DNA of 64,000 bases, from contig NC_087251.1 in NCBI RefSeq assembly GCF_037042905.1, positions 31,312,001 through 31,376,000 of the forward strand, in the 5' to 3' direction. The notes beneath the pieces are model-generated. The model did no database searches and was not told the origin of the DNA. It saw nothing but the letters and a program-made list of their open reading frames with translations. This document shows positions 1 through 15,400 of the stretch, piece after piece. The stretch comes from Lytechinus pictus (Eukaryota). A program made the position numbers and the translations under genes. Position 1 is the first letter of the stretch; each line of letters opens with the position of its first letter.

Positions 1-307
1 TATATCAGGCATCGACGGAATGAATATAAAAAAAGAATTCAATTAACAGCAGAGCCGCCAACCTCAACAAGAACATTTCAGTATTTTTAAAGTAGAAAAT
101 CATTATTATGGTGAGGAAATCAGTATTTTCAATGAAGTACCAAAGGAGAACAGATGAAACTTAAATCAGTATTTTGCATGAAACCATCAGTATTCTTCTC
201 ATTTTTGTTTATACTAAATACTGAAAATCAGTACTAGTTTGCAGGTCCGTAATAGCATTAACCAACATTAAAATAATACGAGCATAACAAGCATGAAAGT
301 GACTTAC

Positions 308-478
308 ATAAAGGCAAAATCACAATGTGTGATGTTGCTAGGATCACATGTGTTCAGAGCCTGAACTCCACTATGCTTCAATGACTTTGCTGCAGACAGA
401 CGCACGGTCTCACATTGGGAGGGGTCACTGCACTTTAGAACCAGGTCACACCAATGTGAGGTCATCTCTAGATTCATA
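308..478 (-). CDS. THADA: THADA-like coding exon 24 (not terminal)
   Basis: WCDLVLKCSDPSQCETVRLSAAKSL. It ends in a gtaagt donor, so the gene continues outside the window. Confidence 0.85.
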
Positions 479-3400
479 CTGACGGAGGGGGGGGGGAATA
501 GTAAACATGAGAACAAGCAATGTAAACCACATTTTCATTTTCTCATAATTTTAGCACATGTTTTAATTTTTTTCTTTTACATCTCTATTATTTGATTTAT
601 AAATACACATATATACATGATTTGAAAGTCCAAGGCCCAAATATGAACCTGTTTGAATACAATAATCATATTATAATCAAAAATGAAAGCAAAATAATTC
701 AAAATAAACTAGCATAATAATAATAATAATATACAATTCTTGTATAGCGCATATCCAGGGAAAAAATACTTTTTTTTTACAGGAGCCATTTTTCTCACTG
801 GTCACAAATTTATGGGAGCCATTTTTCAATTTCCAAGAGCCATTTTTTAATTTGCTAGAGCCATTTTTTAAATAACAAAAGGAAACATATCATTTGTAAT
901 TATTATCATTTTAGACATGTTAAATTTGAAGTATTGTTTGTTGTATTTTAATGTGCCATGCGTAATATTTCTTTATTTCTTTTACCAACAAAAGTAATGA
1001 TTGCAATAATGCCATTTGATTTAAAGGAGAATGAAACCTTTGGAACAAGATAGCTTGTGTGAAAACAGAAAAATCAAAGAAACAGATCAACGAAAGTTTG
1101 AGAAAAATCGGACAAATAATGAGATAGTTATGAGCATTTGAATATTGCGATCACTAATGCTATAGAGATCCTCAAATTGGCACTGTGACAAATATGTGTG
1201 ATGTCACTTGTGAACAACTCTCCCCATTACTTTAGTATATATTCCCCTTAAATTGCCTCTTTTATCACATCTATCAGTAGATCATGTGTTCTTTCTAGAG
1301 GAGGGCATGTAATACAGATTTTTGAAGAATAAATCATGGATAAAGAGTTTGTATCACCATAAGAAAAAGCAAAAAGAGACATTTGGAGGGTATTTTATAG
1401 TCCATCAAAGGAAAAGTTGTTCACATGTGACATCACACATCCTTGTCGCATTGCCAATTAGAGGATCTCCATAGCATTAGTGATTGCAATATTCAAATGC
1501 TCATAACTTTCTCTAATTTGTCTGATTTTTCTCAAACTTTCTTTGTTCTTATTCTTTGATTTTTCTGTTTTGACACAAGCCTACTTGTTCCAAAGGTTTC
1601 ATTTCCCTTTAATGTGCCATCTCTACTATTTTTTTTTACTAATAAAGGTAATGAATGATTTACTTAGATATATATTGCCATTTGTCTTTATTCAGTGCTA
1701 TTGTAGAAAAATCTGATTATCAAATTTTTAATGTGGCTGTGTGAGTGATCCTGAAACTTGAAAGAAGAGATAAAGAGAGGTTACTATACAACTGTAAAAT
1801 AATACATGAAAGGCTGGTATTCAATATGTTTTGTACAGTATCCAATAGAATAGAGTACACTTCTCATGGATTTTGATTAGTAAATAAGCATAATTTGGTA
1901 TGCAGTTTCCTTAGGAACAAATGCTTAATGCTCATAATAAATGAGGAACGAGGTATGCCTCATAGCTGAATGCTTTTTCACGTGACTAGAGCCTGAAAAG
2001 AACTGATCACCAAAGCTCACAACTACCCCTTTCCGATGGGGACCGGAGCGAGCAGCATACGCACGACAGGCCTGGCAGTAGACCAAAAGCTTTAGTCTCT
2101 GTATTTTGGTTGTTCTGCTGAACTTCGTTGGATCACTCACCAATACATAGACTGAAGACCTTGGAGGCCCATACGTACAGACAACGTATTAGCAGTAACG
2201 TTAGATCTAATATACAGAAACCCGATTTTCCGATCGTTTTTTTGTACATAAAATGTCACATTATGAAAAAGAAATTACATCCATATTTACGAAAAAATGT
2301 ATAAAATTCAGAAGTATCGTACCTTAGACCGCAGTTACCGCTAATTCCTTTCAATGATATCGAAACATCGTCATCTTCGATCCTTTCGTTGGTCAACGTA
2401 AGTTGCCATCTCGGATGACGTCATCATCCTCACAGACGTATTTACCAGTCGCTATATATCGCGATTTGTGCCGCTTCTTTGCGCTTGTAATCTACGTGCG
2501 TGCGTTCGGAACTTGTCACTCGCATTGATTCGCCAGGATATCGAAAATTCTAATCAGAAAGCCTTGATAAAAGCACACCTCATTGAACGTAGAGGGCAGC
2601 AATACACGGCTGCCATTTTTTCATCTACCGTACTAGTGCGCTCACTGCGCTGAGCTTTGTGAATGTGAATGGTACATTATGTGCACGTTATAACCCACGC
2701 ACGAAGGGAAGACAGCGGACGTATGGCTGAACTAGTTACTGTACACAAGATCACAGGAGCGATTTATTTTTTCCCGATCGCTCTCTCTATTGGGTTTGCA
2801 AGTGCGATTTCAAAGCTTACGAGAGCGAAAGCGCTCAGCGCTCCCGTGTATTTTTTTCGCTGCGCATATCACATTATGAATAATGTCTCTATGTGCTTCC
2901 AAAGGAATTGGATATTATTACCCCAGCTGTAGCTTGGTAGCCGTCATTACTCAGATTACAGCGCACACGCATTTCAAGGAATAAATTCCTGCCAGGTACC
3001 CATTCACCTCACCTGGGTTGAGTGCAGCACAACGTGGATGAATTACTTGCTGAAGGAAACTACCCCATTGCTGGGATTTTAACCCACGACCCTCTGTTTC
3101 AAAGTCCGGAGATTAATCCACTGGGCCACAACACTCCACACGATATAGCATAATATAGCATAATATGGTATAAGTTTAGGAGTGTACTGAGGTAGGCAAA
3201 TACACCAAAATACATCCAAACTAGAAACGTACATGAATCAAGATCGCCACAATTAAAAAAAAAAGTATAATAGCTAGGGAGAATTTACTATAGGTGGGGG
3301 CGGAGTGACGTCACATCTGCTTAACGATGACAGAACTGACCTTAGTGCGATGAAAACAAAGTATAAGAAACACAATGAAATAATGTCAGAAACAGCACTG

Positions 3401-6400
3401 AAAATTTCAGAAAGATTTGTAAACTTCCAGATAACGAAATGGGTAAACTCGATTATCATGACGTAAAGCGCAAAGTATGAATGCGATGTTTGTGTATATG
3501 CATTGTAGGCATGCCAAAACAGCAAGCTGCTGTACGGGTCGCTTGTGCATTGTTTTCATAGGCTGGTCAGTTGCTAGGGCTCGAGGTTACAAAAATGCGC
3601 AGATGTTTGCCCTGGCCTATAATTTGAATCAAGTAATTCATTGTAATATTGCAAGACTTATTTTCACAATCTATACATTGTATTACCAAGTACGCTTGTG
3701 ATTTATCACATCACATTTTCAAAGATAAAATAATAAAGTTATCTGTCGTTTCACTTACTTCTTGAAGTTATCTGAATTAAGCCGAAGAGCTATGCTCAAA
3801 GCTGGTAAGACTACAGCACAGAAACTCATCTCACGAATTTGAGTAGCTGTCATTCCCAACAGACATTCCAACAAAGGCTGTAAATCACATGCTGCTTTGG
3901 CATCAATATACTTGCTCAGTCCCACCCATAGATCAAGAGCAAGGGTAACACAGTTCATGCTATCCTCTTCAAGAAGTAGTTCCAGGACCTGGAATTGGCC
4001 GCTGGCTTGTGTCTCCATGCTGAGCTCTGCTGCGGATGTCATATTGTCAATCATGTACTTCAAGGCCAATTCCCTGACCTCTGATAGGTCATGGGTCAGA
4101 AGGATGTGGGTCAGGGATGAAAGGTTACTGATCTGGTCAGGAATGAACTCTGACATGGAGATGAAGGAAGCGGTCATTTCTTGTCCCAGATATGACAGCC
4201 CAACCTAAGAACAGACATATTAGGAAAAGTGTGGATTGGTTGAGATGCATCTTGATATGTTCATCAGATTCCAAAAAAAAAAAAGATTTTCCCAAAAAAA
4301 CAGATAAAATGTTCATATAAATTAATAAGAACAAGGTACGAACATTTGGATAGCCTTTCATACCAAATAATAACAATAAATGTGACTTGTAAGGCACCAC
4401 ATTCATTTGAACTCACATGCTCAATCAAGGCTCTGGAAATCTAGACGACACTTTGAAATTATATGATAATTAAATTTATTATGACATATTAATGTAGTTC
4501 TTCATTTATGTCTTAAGTTTCAGAAGAAAAAAAATGGTTTCCCAGGAGAAAAAATATAATTTCTGAGTCTTGTTTATTTTTTTTTAAGAAATAGATCACA
4601 AAAGGTACATATATATAGAAATAAAGATCTTTAATTAGATAATATATATACCTGGAATGAAGGCGAACTAGTAAAGAACTGCTCATGAATATTCATAGAC
4701 TTTACAATGAGTGATGTCACACAGTTGGGTTTGATAGGGAAAGCATTTTCCCACCAAAGGGTACAGATCTTCATGAATAGAGCCCTGGTGATAGGACAAG
4801 GGTTCCGGCTAGACCCTACCCAGAGGCGACTCATGAATTTATCTGTCAGTTCTTGAACCTTCTCCTCTTGCAGGCTGAGAAGATATATATGAAAACAAAG
4901 AAAACCCTTTAGTTTGAATTTAATAGAAATAAGGACAGTTGAAGAATATGCTCTGCGATTAAATGCACAATGATACTTTATGACATTATAAACAGCAACA
5001 TGTAAAGTCGCATATATCTATGATCATTGATTTTATGAAGTAGGGTCATATTGACTGATTGTGATAAGTGAGATGAATTGCTCAATCACTTTACTTTTTG
5101 AGGGAATAGATAATAATTATAATAGTGGATGGCATTAATTCATGAACAACCAGATATATTCCACACACTAGGGCCAATATTGCACTCATCTACGATTTAT
5201 GCAATATTCGTTGTAACTCTTTGACTATCTCTTGTAACCTATCTTGAGCCATTCATTGAAATATAATTATTGGATTTATTAACCAAGTCAATAATGATCT
5301 GATATGATAGGTTTACTTCAAGTACAACTTTACAGTTATGGATCATGAAAAGGTGAGGAATCATTCAAAATGATATGAAACTTCAAAACCTTATTCAAAT
5401 TAAAAAACTTATTTATATATTTTCTAGGCTTTAATAGGACTTTCAGTGTGGATCTAGATGTGTGTCATTGTTTTATCTCTGCACCCATGCATTGAAAGCT
5501 GAATGCAGGCTAGAGAATACTCACATACATCCAGATATAGGCTAGGTTTCCATTCATATACAAAAGTTGTGCCTTTTCTTTGATATTTTGAATTGCATTA
5601 TGTTATATTTTGTTTTATGTTATTGTTACAATTGAATCATTTCTATTGTCTTTTTGTATATTTATACTTCGTTCATTCGTAACTGTAAAGCGCATAGAGA
5701 ACTATACTAGTTATTATGCACTTAATAAATACCCTCTATTATCATTATTATTAAGCCATAAAAGATAAAAAGAAAATCACCTTTTCTTATTAATACATGA
5801 TGTGAGTAGCCTTTGAATCAATAGTAGGTTGCCATGGAGACGATTCTGACTTGCGATAAGGGAAGTACTTGATGGGGGAATGGTGTCTAACAGCTGGGCG
5901 GCCATGTTGGAGACTTCTTCATTTTGAGCCAACAGTGGTAGTATGGCCCTTGAAGCAAGGTCCCTTACCGAGTATACCGGGCTTGAGGCAAGGGAGCAGA
6001 TAGGTTCTATAAATTCCTCGAGCTCCCTGTATCGATAAACAGAGAAAATAAATAGAAAACATTGAAGAAATAATAATAATAATAATATTCCGCATTTATA
6101 TAGCACTTAACACATCGGAACGACGTCTCTAGGTGCTTTACAGATATATTATTACCCCGGTCATCGGATCCTTGCATGCCCGCATACAATGTATGCACCT
6201 TCTCCACTCACTGGGAGCATTCCAACAAGAGTTCCAAGACTCAATTGCTAGGCATACTACATAGGCTTTCGCATCCTACCGGGTACCCATTTAACACCTG
6301 AGTGGAGAGTGGCAAATTGTGGATTGACGCCTTGCCAAAGGATGCTAGGCCATGGTGAGATTCAAACACATGACCCTATGATTACAAGGCAAGTGTCAGA

Positions 6401-9400
6401 ACTGCTACACCATGGCGCTTCCACGGAATGGAAATGGAAATAAAGACCCATTTTCATGACATATTAAGGTAATCAAGATAACAAATTTTTGTTCTTACAA
6501 CCGTAATATATTTTACATTTCAGAGAAAAAAGAACCTTTCAATTAAGAGTTTTGAGACTATCAATTAAATTTAAAATAACAGATTCTCTACTGTAAAGAG
6601 TTCTGAAATATATTGTACCCGTAACTTCTAAAATTTTCTTAAATCCACTCATGACCAAAGTTTGAAGCAGTCAAACGTTTCTTTTAGTGATCACAAGAAT
6701 TAAGACACAACGAATGATCCAAAAATATAATGCCACCATCCACCACCTATTGGCGGCAGATGAATAAAAAGTATCTGTCTTTAGTCTTCCACTTGGTTAA
6801 AAACTAAATAATATTCTTCACTTTCAACAAAATGGATAGAACAGAACTCAGCATCAAGAAAAGGAATTCATATGTGGACAGTTCCCTAAAGTGTGTACAT
6901 GTATGTCCAGATTCCCTATATGTGAGAACTTTCTGAAATGATTTGTTTCTGTTTTGTGATTAAAACAAACATATTTAATGCTATCTAATCACCATGGCTT
7001 GAACTATTATAATATGAAGTAAACTGGATTAAAATGGAGTTAGGACATACAGAAATATTGATTATTTTTATGGAATTGCCTTATTGCATATATGCTAAAT
7101 ATCGCTGGGTCAAATAACAGATGAACAACTGTCTATGTACGTCAAAAATATATATACCCAATACAATAAGATGATTGAATAGACGAGTGTACTATTGTTT
7201 CTAATACTAATAATGGAACTTAAAAAAAACACATATCCACCATGCAGAGTGATTAATCACTGTTGTCAACAGCCAAGATGGCCATCCTGTGGCTCACAAG
7301 TACTCACGGAATAAATATTGTTGCCAGTGCGCCAATATGGGGATAGCTATTTACCTTTTCTGTCCCTCCGTGGTAATACCACTACCTAGCTTGGTCAGGA
7401 CAAGGAGCACAGGATGAAGGGTCGGAACGAGATGGAGCCTTCCTCCTTCAGGAGCACTGCTGGATCCACGCTGATGGAGTGCAGCAGCCTTCCTCACCTC
7501 CTGTAGGAGGTAGAGGCGGAGCCGCGGATATCGCTGGAAGAACTCTGAAGCAGAGAGAGTGTTGACCTGAGAATGTTCGTCCTGGACCTTCTTCTGTCCA
7601 AAGATCCGGGCAATCAACGATCCTGCGATTTAATCAACACAGAGTTCTTAATTATCACAAGTTTTTGTACAACAGAGAATTATTTCATGCATCTGCACAA
7701 AAGGAATAAAATTAAGGCTCCACATGCATGTGCACCCTACCTATAGTATATAGCATATTTTCTTATTCCACTGAAAGAATATTTCAGTATGTATGTGCAA
7801 AACCTATGATGCACAGAGATTCCTTGTTCCTTGGAGGTTTCTGATAACTACATGTATAAGTTTATCAGTTTTCCAGAGTAGAATTACTTATCATAATCAT
7901 TGCATAAAGATCTCATATGCACTGGCGAAGCCAAAACAATAAAAATACTCTGACAACAGAAAGCAAGTGACATCTTACCTGAAGATGTGGTTACATCTAA
8001 AAATATTGACTTTTTTTTTCAGGTAAAATTTAATTGAACATACTGGTGCTGCTGGTTAACCATAGTTTTGACGTTTCATCCAAGCAAATCAAATGTACAT
8101 TCTGCTCTTCTACAGGAAATGACTTTTTTTGTAATTTGTTTGCATTTTGTAAAAGAATGGCAAAATAATGACAATGATAAAAACAATAAGTGGAAAAATT
8201 CTTATTCTATCTTCACTGCTTGCAAATCAAGAGGTGAAAAGAAAACACACGGATGTACCCAACAACTGCATGCTCGAGTTTTGCACCATCCAGTTGCTAG
8301 ATGCAAACCCATCAATGGCTAGTTGGATAGCTTCTTCTGCGTATGGTAGTACTTCCCATGCAAGGGACGAGTTCACAAAGAGTGACTTCATGATATTCAA
8401 TGCATGGGACTGAGGCAGATCTTGCTTAGCATCAGGCTGAGTAGGAAGAGGTTGTTGGGCTATCTCCATGAGTTTGGTCATGACGTATTTCAGCAGGTGT
8501 CTCTGTACAAGAGAAAAAATAATGGGAGATAAAGAAAAACACAATGTACGGTTACCATATTGTTCTAAAGCTCATACCATCAAAACATAGACTTTCATAA
8601 CCTTCAGCGATTCCTAAAATCATACATCATCTTTTTTTTTGTGTTACCACTGTAATTATTATTATTTGAATTACTTTCTCTTATTTTTGTTGTCGCTTAT
8701 TCGTTTTATTTTGATATTTGTGGATTACTTGTTTTAAGTTTGTCTTCTGTGTCCGTCTCGAATTTTGTATAGAGTTGTATATATAGTTTGTTTATAATTA
8801 GTATTGAAACTAAGTTTAGGGGCTTGCCTTCTCTACAAGCTTTTGCTTTTCTTGGCAAGTCCCTCCGTTCATTTCTTGTTTCTTTTCATTGATAATATTA
8901 ATGCAACAAATTGTAGTTTTGTTTAATTGATATTCAACATTTGTTACGAAATTTCACTGATTTGTCTGTATTATCGATTATATTGAATATGTATTGTTAC
9001 TTTGATTATATTTTGAAAAAATTGTTGAACGGAAATAAAATCTAAATCTACATAGCAAATCCAGACAGTTACAGATAGTTAGCTTTTTCTAATTATTCTT
9101 TCATCTAACACTGAAATATCCGATCAATTCTTCCTCCCTCTGACCAAATACTGATACATGTCTAAACATTGTTTGCAATGGGTATTGCACTGCTAAACCA
9201 GTCAATACACTATTTCTTTGATATCATACCTTTTAAATGTAGTCTTATAATAACTACAGTGACTAATATTATCCTTCTAATCTTTATAAGGTTCATACGA
9301 TAATATCTGTCAAGATATTAAATGTTTATGGTAAGCTTTCTGTAATTTCTGTTTTTCAAAAGAGATCAAATGACCATCATCTGAAAAAAAACCCAAATTG

Positions 9401-12400
9401 TTTGATGAAAAGGTGTATTTATCAAGACAATCTGAATGTAAAAAGGCCTCTAGCACGAAATTCACTGTGTTCTATGTTCATTGCCCCTTTAACACTATAG
9501 GGGCAATGGTATCAAGCCTAATTGACTTACCTCTCTACCCCTGGGCTCAGCTACAATGATAGACTCTACCAATGGAGGCAAACCAGCACTCTTCTTGGTG
9601 TAAGATGTAGAGGAAGCTGTAGTGGTTATGACAGTCAAGACCAGGTCCAGGAGGGACTTGGGTATAGAGGCTATGTCTGAGTCTGGGCAAGATAACATGG
9701 CAGCACAAACCTTGAAGAATCCTATCTTGCATCCTTCCAAAGCTCCCTGTCAATCAGAAAAATTGTTTTATTATCAAAGAGGTTGAAATGTGATAAAAAA
9801 TAATAATACAGCAACATTGCCGATTTATTAGATCTTTAAATTCCAGGATGAACATGAATATTTTATATATTAACAGCTTTATGCTTTGACAATTATTTCA
9901 TATATAAATTTAGTAGTTTTACTAAGTTGCTATCTTACTTTATGACGGCACTTTGTGAGTATCTGCACAAGTGATTTGGACATAAGCTCGAACTGCTGCC
10001 TGTCTAGAAGCCTAGTCTGGTAAGCTCCAGAAGGGGAAGAAACTTCAGCAAGAGCACCCATGAGTAAACTAGATTCCTGAGGGGAACAAGTACATAAGAT
10101 GCAAATATTGTGTTACTTATAATCAAGAGAAATCTTGTGCACAGAACATAAAATCACGTAAATTAGCATTTTTAAAACATATAATTCATTTAAAATAAAC
10201 TCTCATTATTTCAACTATCATGGTCTAACCAACTTTAGTGACCACCTATATAGACTGACAATGTGTATGTAAAGATAATTTAGTTTGGTTTCCTTAAATA
10301 GATTTTCCCATTGAAACATGTCCAAAAAGACTGCTTTTCTTGTCTCCCTTGGGTGGTCTTCAAATATAGATTTCAATGGACTAAATTTCATTCCATCTGA
10401 AATTAAAGATTTGTAAGTGAGGGTAGAATGAACAAAAAGGTTGATGATTATGTGGAAATGCAAGAATTAGGTTATCAAAATAAACAAGAAATTATAAAAT
10501 ATTTCTTACAGCATTTTCTAAAATACTGCCTCCCGAAAGGAACAGTAAACTTCTTAACCAAGACAAATAAAGAAAGATGATACAGAATATCACAATCTAA
10601 GGAAAAATAAGGGAGGGAAGGAAGTGGAAATTAACTTTGAATTGTCTATCTATACTTCAAGCAATTCCATGATGAATGTCTACTCACCTTTAGAGTAAGC
10701 CAACAGCATGAGAGAATGAGTTGATGTTCCAGAGACAATGCTCCCGCTCCATCATCGTCATCTTCTGTTCCAAAGTCTGTCACCAGCTTCTCAATCTCCT
10801 CTCCCATCTTACCAAAGGATGGTGACAAGTGACTCAGTTCCCCATCCTTGGAAGCTGAAGAAGGCATCCCTGGTGCTCCCTCTCTCAATTCAGATCCTTT
10901 ATTGCTGGTAGGAGCGGTGTCCATCACTGTGTCAGGTTCATGGGTAGGAATGCTTACGTCTTGCCTGGCTGAAGAATTTTCATTCCCCGTTTCCATGGCT
11001 ACACTATCCGCCTCTTTTGTCTTTGCACCGACATCCTTTGCTACAAAATCTTGCAAGATTAATCCTTCATCTTTGCTCTCTGATTGCTTTGTCCTTCCTG
11101 CTAACAGATCAAGGATGAACATGATGATCTGATGTAGCATTGTGTTGAGTTCCTTAACGATAGCCTGCCATGTTTCAGGTTCATCGGTGACAAGCCGATG
11201 AAAGATTCTGGTGTCTTCTGTAAGGCACTTCCTTATTGCCATAATAATGCCTGAAAATAGTACAATTAAACAAATTGTGACTCAATACGCTTAAAAGACC
11301 ATATCATTCAAGCTTTCCAAGATTATTTGTTCTAATTTTCGTCATCAGGACACTGGTAAGCATATTTCAATTTTATGGAATTTCTACATCACACAATGTG
11401 CTAGGATGTGGATGAAAAAATAAGAATTCTAATTATCAGATAGACAAACAAAGAAGATGATAAAATAAGTATTTTATGAATACAGAAAATCAAATAAGTG
11501 TAGTGATATGCTTTTTGAGATATAACAATTCCATCCCCCCCCAAAAAAAAATAAACCCAAACCAAAAACAAACACCCACATTTCTCACTATAGTCCGCAA
11601 TAATGAACCTATTTAGTATCAACAAAATGATGTTGACTGAGAAGCCTTTTGTGTACTGTACACAAGAGTAACATTTAGACCACATATTTTCAAGCAGTGG
11701 TGGAGTGTGGCGTAGGAACTGGTAAGAAACAAAGGTAAAACATGGGGGAAAAAGTTTGATCTTCTAATAACCTGAAATTGAGGTTTGATGATCATTTTCA
11801 AAGGGAAAACAAAAACTTGGCTAAACTTGAACAGATGAACGTTGGTTGGAGCAAGCAGAAACAATTTTTTTTCTTCAGTCATGTACTGCAGAGAGATCTT
11901 CAAGACCAATTGATGATGAACTACAACTACACTCCAATAATCAAGATTTTTGGGGAAAAAAATTGAACTGTAATGGTTCTCCCATTCTTAGATGCATGTC
12001 AAGCAAGATTCTCACCATTTTTTGGATCAAAATACATTTGTGAATGGTGCTTTTCAAACATGAACTTCATCAATAACAAATACAAAAACAGAATAACAAA
12101 CATCCATTTGAGCAACGTTCTTTGTGTTGCCATTACATCACTCGTTTTCAAAGCCTGATTTTACAGCCCTAGCAAAATCGGGGAAATGTCACTCTAGTCA
12201 CTAGATCTGGTGCAGAACAGTCTGAACTAGAAGTATCACTGGTATGTTGTGAAAAGCCACTAATCATGTTTTTTTTTTAAATTATTTGTGTAGTACTGTT
12301 TTCTTCTATTGATATGAATTAGAACCCCTCTTGGCCATTTAAAAGGCATCATATTCTAAACCTTCAAGGGGCTCTGCCCCCTCAACCCCCCACCAGGGGC

Positions 12401-15400
12401 CTCATAAAAAGCTCTAGGACCCCCCGGCAATATTTCGCTCGTTCGCATGTTGGATAGTGGAGCCGTCCAGGGGACCGTTTCATGAAAGTTGTCAGCACTG
12501 ACAAGATGTCTTTCTCCGACAATTACCATAGTAACAGTCAGAGGCCAGAGCTTCTCAGCCAATCACAAGCAAGGATTTCACTTAAATAGTCAGCACTGAC
12601 AATTAAGTCAGTGCTGACAACTTTTATGAAACACCCCCTGATTCTCAGCAAGAAATGTGGAGTTTCAACAAAAGTAATTAAGGACTGAATTAGTCATTGC
12701 ATGAATATATTTGTAAGGACAGCTAATACAAAATATAAAACTAAAATAAAAGAGGTAAAAAAAATACAAATTTAGAAAAATACCATAGTAGTTTGGTGAA
12801 AAAGGGGCCGAGTAGTGTTGGGGGGAATTGCCCTTCAAGTGTGTCCCCCTCCCACCTTAAAAAAATAATAAAAAAATGTACACTCACCATGCATAGGTGT
12901 AAGAGCAGCTGCTCTGAGAATATTAATCTTTGCACATTTAACTTGATATCTCAGACTCTCCATCAAACTTAATACAAACTGGACAGGACTTTCAAGAGTG
13001 GATGATTTGGTGGCTTTGCCAGAGGTAGTTGACTTATTCTTAGATGGTTTGACGAGGTCATCTAAACCTTCTCTCTCAACAATTTGTCTGGAGAAAAAAA
13101 AATCACCAACGCAGCTTGATTGAAGAATCATCTTCTTTCTTACATATCAAATTTTTGTTATAAAAATCAATCCACACAAAATATTTGTTGTTTTGATGTA
13201 CATACCGTATACTGTATGTCAAGCTCTACATGTATTTTGTTTTGAATCTTAAAATGTTTTCTGTAAAATTACACTATCTCTCTCAGTTTGGAAGGCTGAA
13301 TATACAAAAATGTCATGGTGCTCACAAACGGCAAATCCCTGATAGTCTTGATAAACGAAAAGACATCTAGGCCTGTCTAGTTAGACTTAATGGGTCATGG
13401 TCTTGCACTGAACTAAACTTATGGGAAGCCCCAAAAACATCAAAATATTGTTTACACTGCATCTTTCCTATGTTTATTATGCCATGTCCCCTTTCTTTGA
13501 TACATAATGAAGAAAACTATTTTAGTTATTATTCTGAGACAGTTTTGATTGATAGGAGTATCAAACAAGCTGTTATGTGGAACCTGTACTGCAACCTGTA
13601 CTGCAAGTCACAAATGGCTATCCATAGTTAAACCACAGCTTTGAGCCATGACTTTAAACATGAATACGGACGGGTCATTGAATCATTTAACGATGTATTT
13701 CTAATACATCACGCACTTTACATAATTATCTTTTAAATCAAAGTTGGTTAAATACTGTTAAATACTCAAGTGATATATTAATTCTTTCTGAAGCATTTCT
13801 GACTGTTTGAAAAATCAATAACAAAATTCAGACATACAAAATTAAGCCCCAATTATTCTGCATATTTAAAAATCAGACAACTCACCTGTGGAAGGAGAGT
13901 TTGCAGAGCATAGCCCCGGCCTCACATTCATGGAATTTCGGACTACAGATGAGCTTCATGCCTTGGACCAGGATCTCTGATGGTCTAGACCAGGGATAGG
14001 CTGGTGATGAAGGGAGGGGCCACGGAAAGTACCCTATCAGTAGGTCGTAAGCAGACGACCGAATGTCATTGGAGGAATCCAACAGGCTGTTCACTAACAG
14101 AGATGCATTCCTAAAGTAAAAATAAGCAATGTCATAGAAACAATAAAATTAGTTTGAATAGGGATTCCACTAATTTCCTTCAGCAAGATATTCACTCACA
14201 CCATGCTTCACATGTTACAGGTTAGATAAATGGGAACCAAGAAGAAGAAATTTCTCAAAACCTGTCAGAACAGACATCGGTAGCCTAAATTAGCCGGGGG
14301 TAATATAGGAACGACTTAACAGGGTGGCTATGTGCATAATATGAATACTATCGGTACTACTATTATCATTATTAATCAGGAAATACTTTTCCTGGTATCT
14401 CATTGCAATTTGCTCAACATGATTTAAAGACTGCCACAAAAGAAGTATTTCGTGTAGCAAACTGTTACAAAGCACTGTACGGAACTTAGTTGAGATTTTT
14501 CTCTTATGACCAAGATGTTTATCAAATTTGGTATGCTAAATCATTCACTGTTCATGAAGAACTACATTTTTCATTTTCATTTTGAAAAGGATTGAACCTC
14601 CCTTTCATCAAACAAGAACCATACAAATCTAGTCTTTCACCATTGTCAGTTAAAGTTTTGGTACATCCCAGTATTGCAAATGTGAGATGTACCAGTCACA
14701 ATTTTTCAGAAACATTGAAGATACCTTCTCTTGACAATGTAATATAACACAACATTCCAAATTTTTATAAACTATTAAAATATGTAAAATATAATAAGAA
14801 TAATGATAAATTTACCTTTCAGAAAAGAGATCCACTTTACCGATATCCCGACTCCATGAAAGAAGTTTCTTGGATGCAGCTGTATTAAATAAAATTGAAA
14901 ATTCTGTCATATATTTATATTGCTTTGATGATTGACCTTTACATGTGTAAATCGAAGATAAATCACAGATGCTTTTTAAAAACATATTGCAAAATATATT
15001 ATGTATAATAAAAAATACAGACATTTCATACGATTAGAAATTTTCTTTCTAAAATTCCATCAACCAAGTTGCCAATTTCATAAACACAAAGCTTCTCACA
15101 AACATAAAAACTTGGTAGATCAAGCACAATAACTCAGGTTAATCCAAATGCCCAGAGTGAAAATCAAACAATACCTGAAAGTGCAGCACTGCTTGGATTA
15201 TTCAACTCGGTCTGTTTGCCATCAGATAGATTCTCATAGATGAGACGTAGGAGATCTAGTGAAGCCCTTTTCCTCTGGTAGCAAGCACCAGGGAAGAGGG
15301 AGAAGCTCTCCTCTAGGAGCCAGTCCATCAGGTCTACTGCTGACTGGAGATTGGTCTGGAGAGCTTTAGTTGCTGGTGACAACTCTTCAGTCCCACTGCA

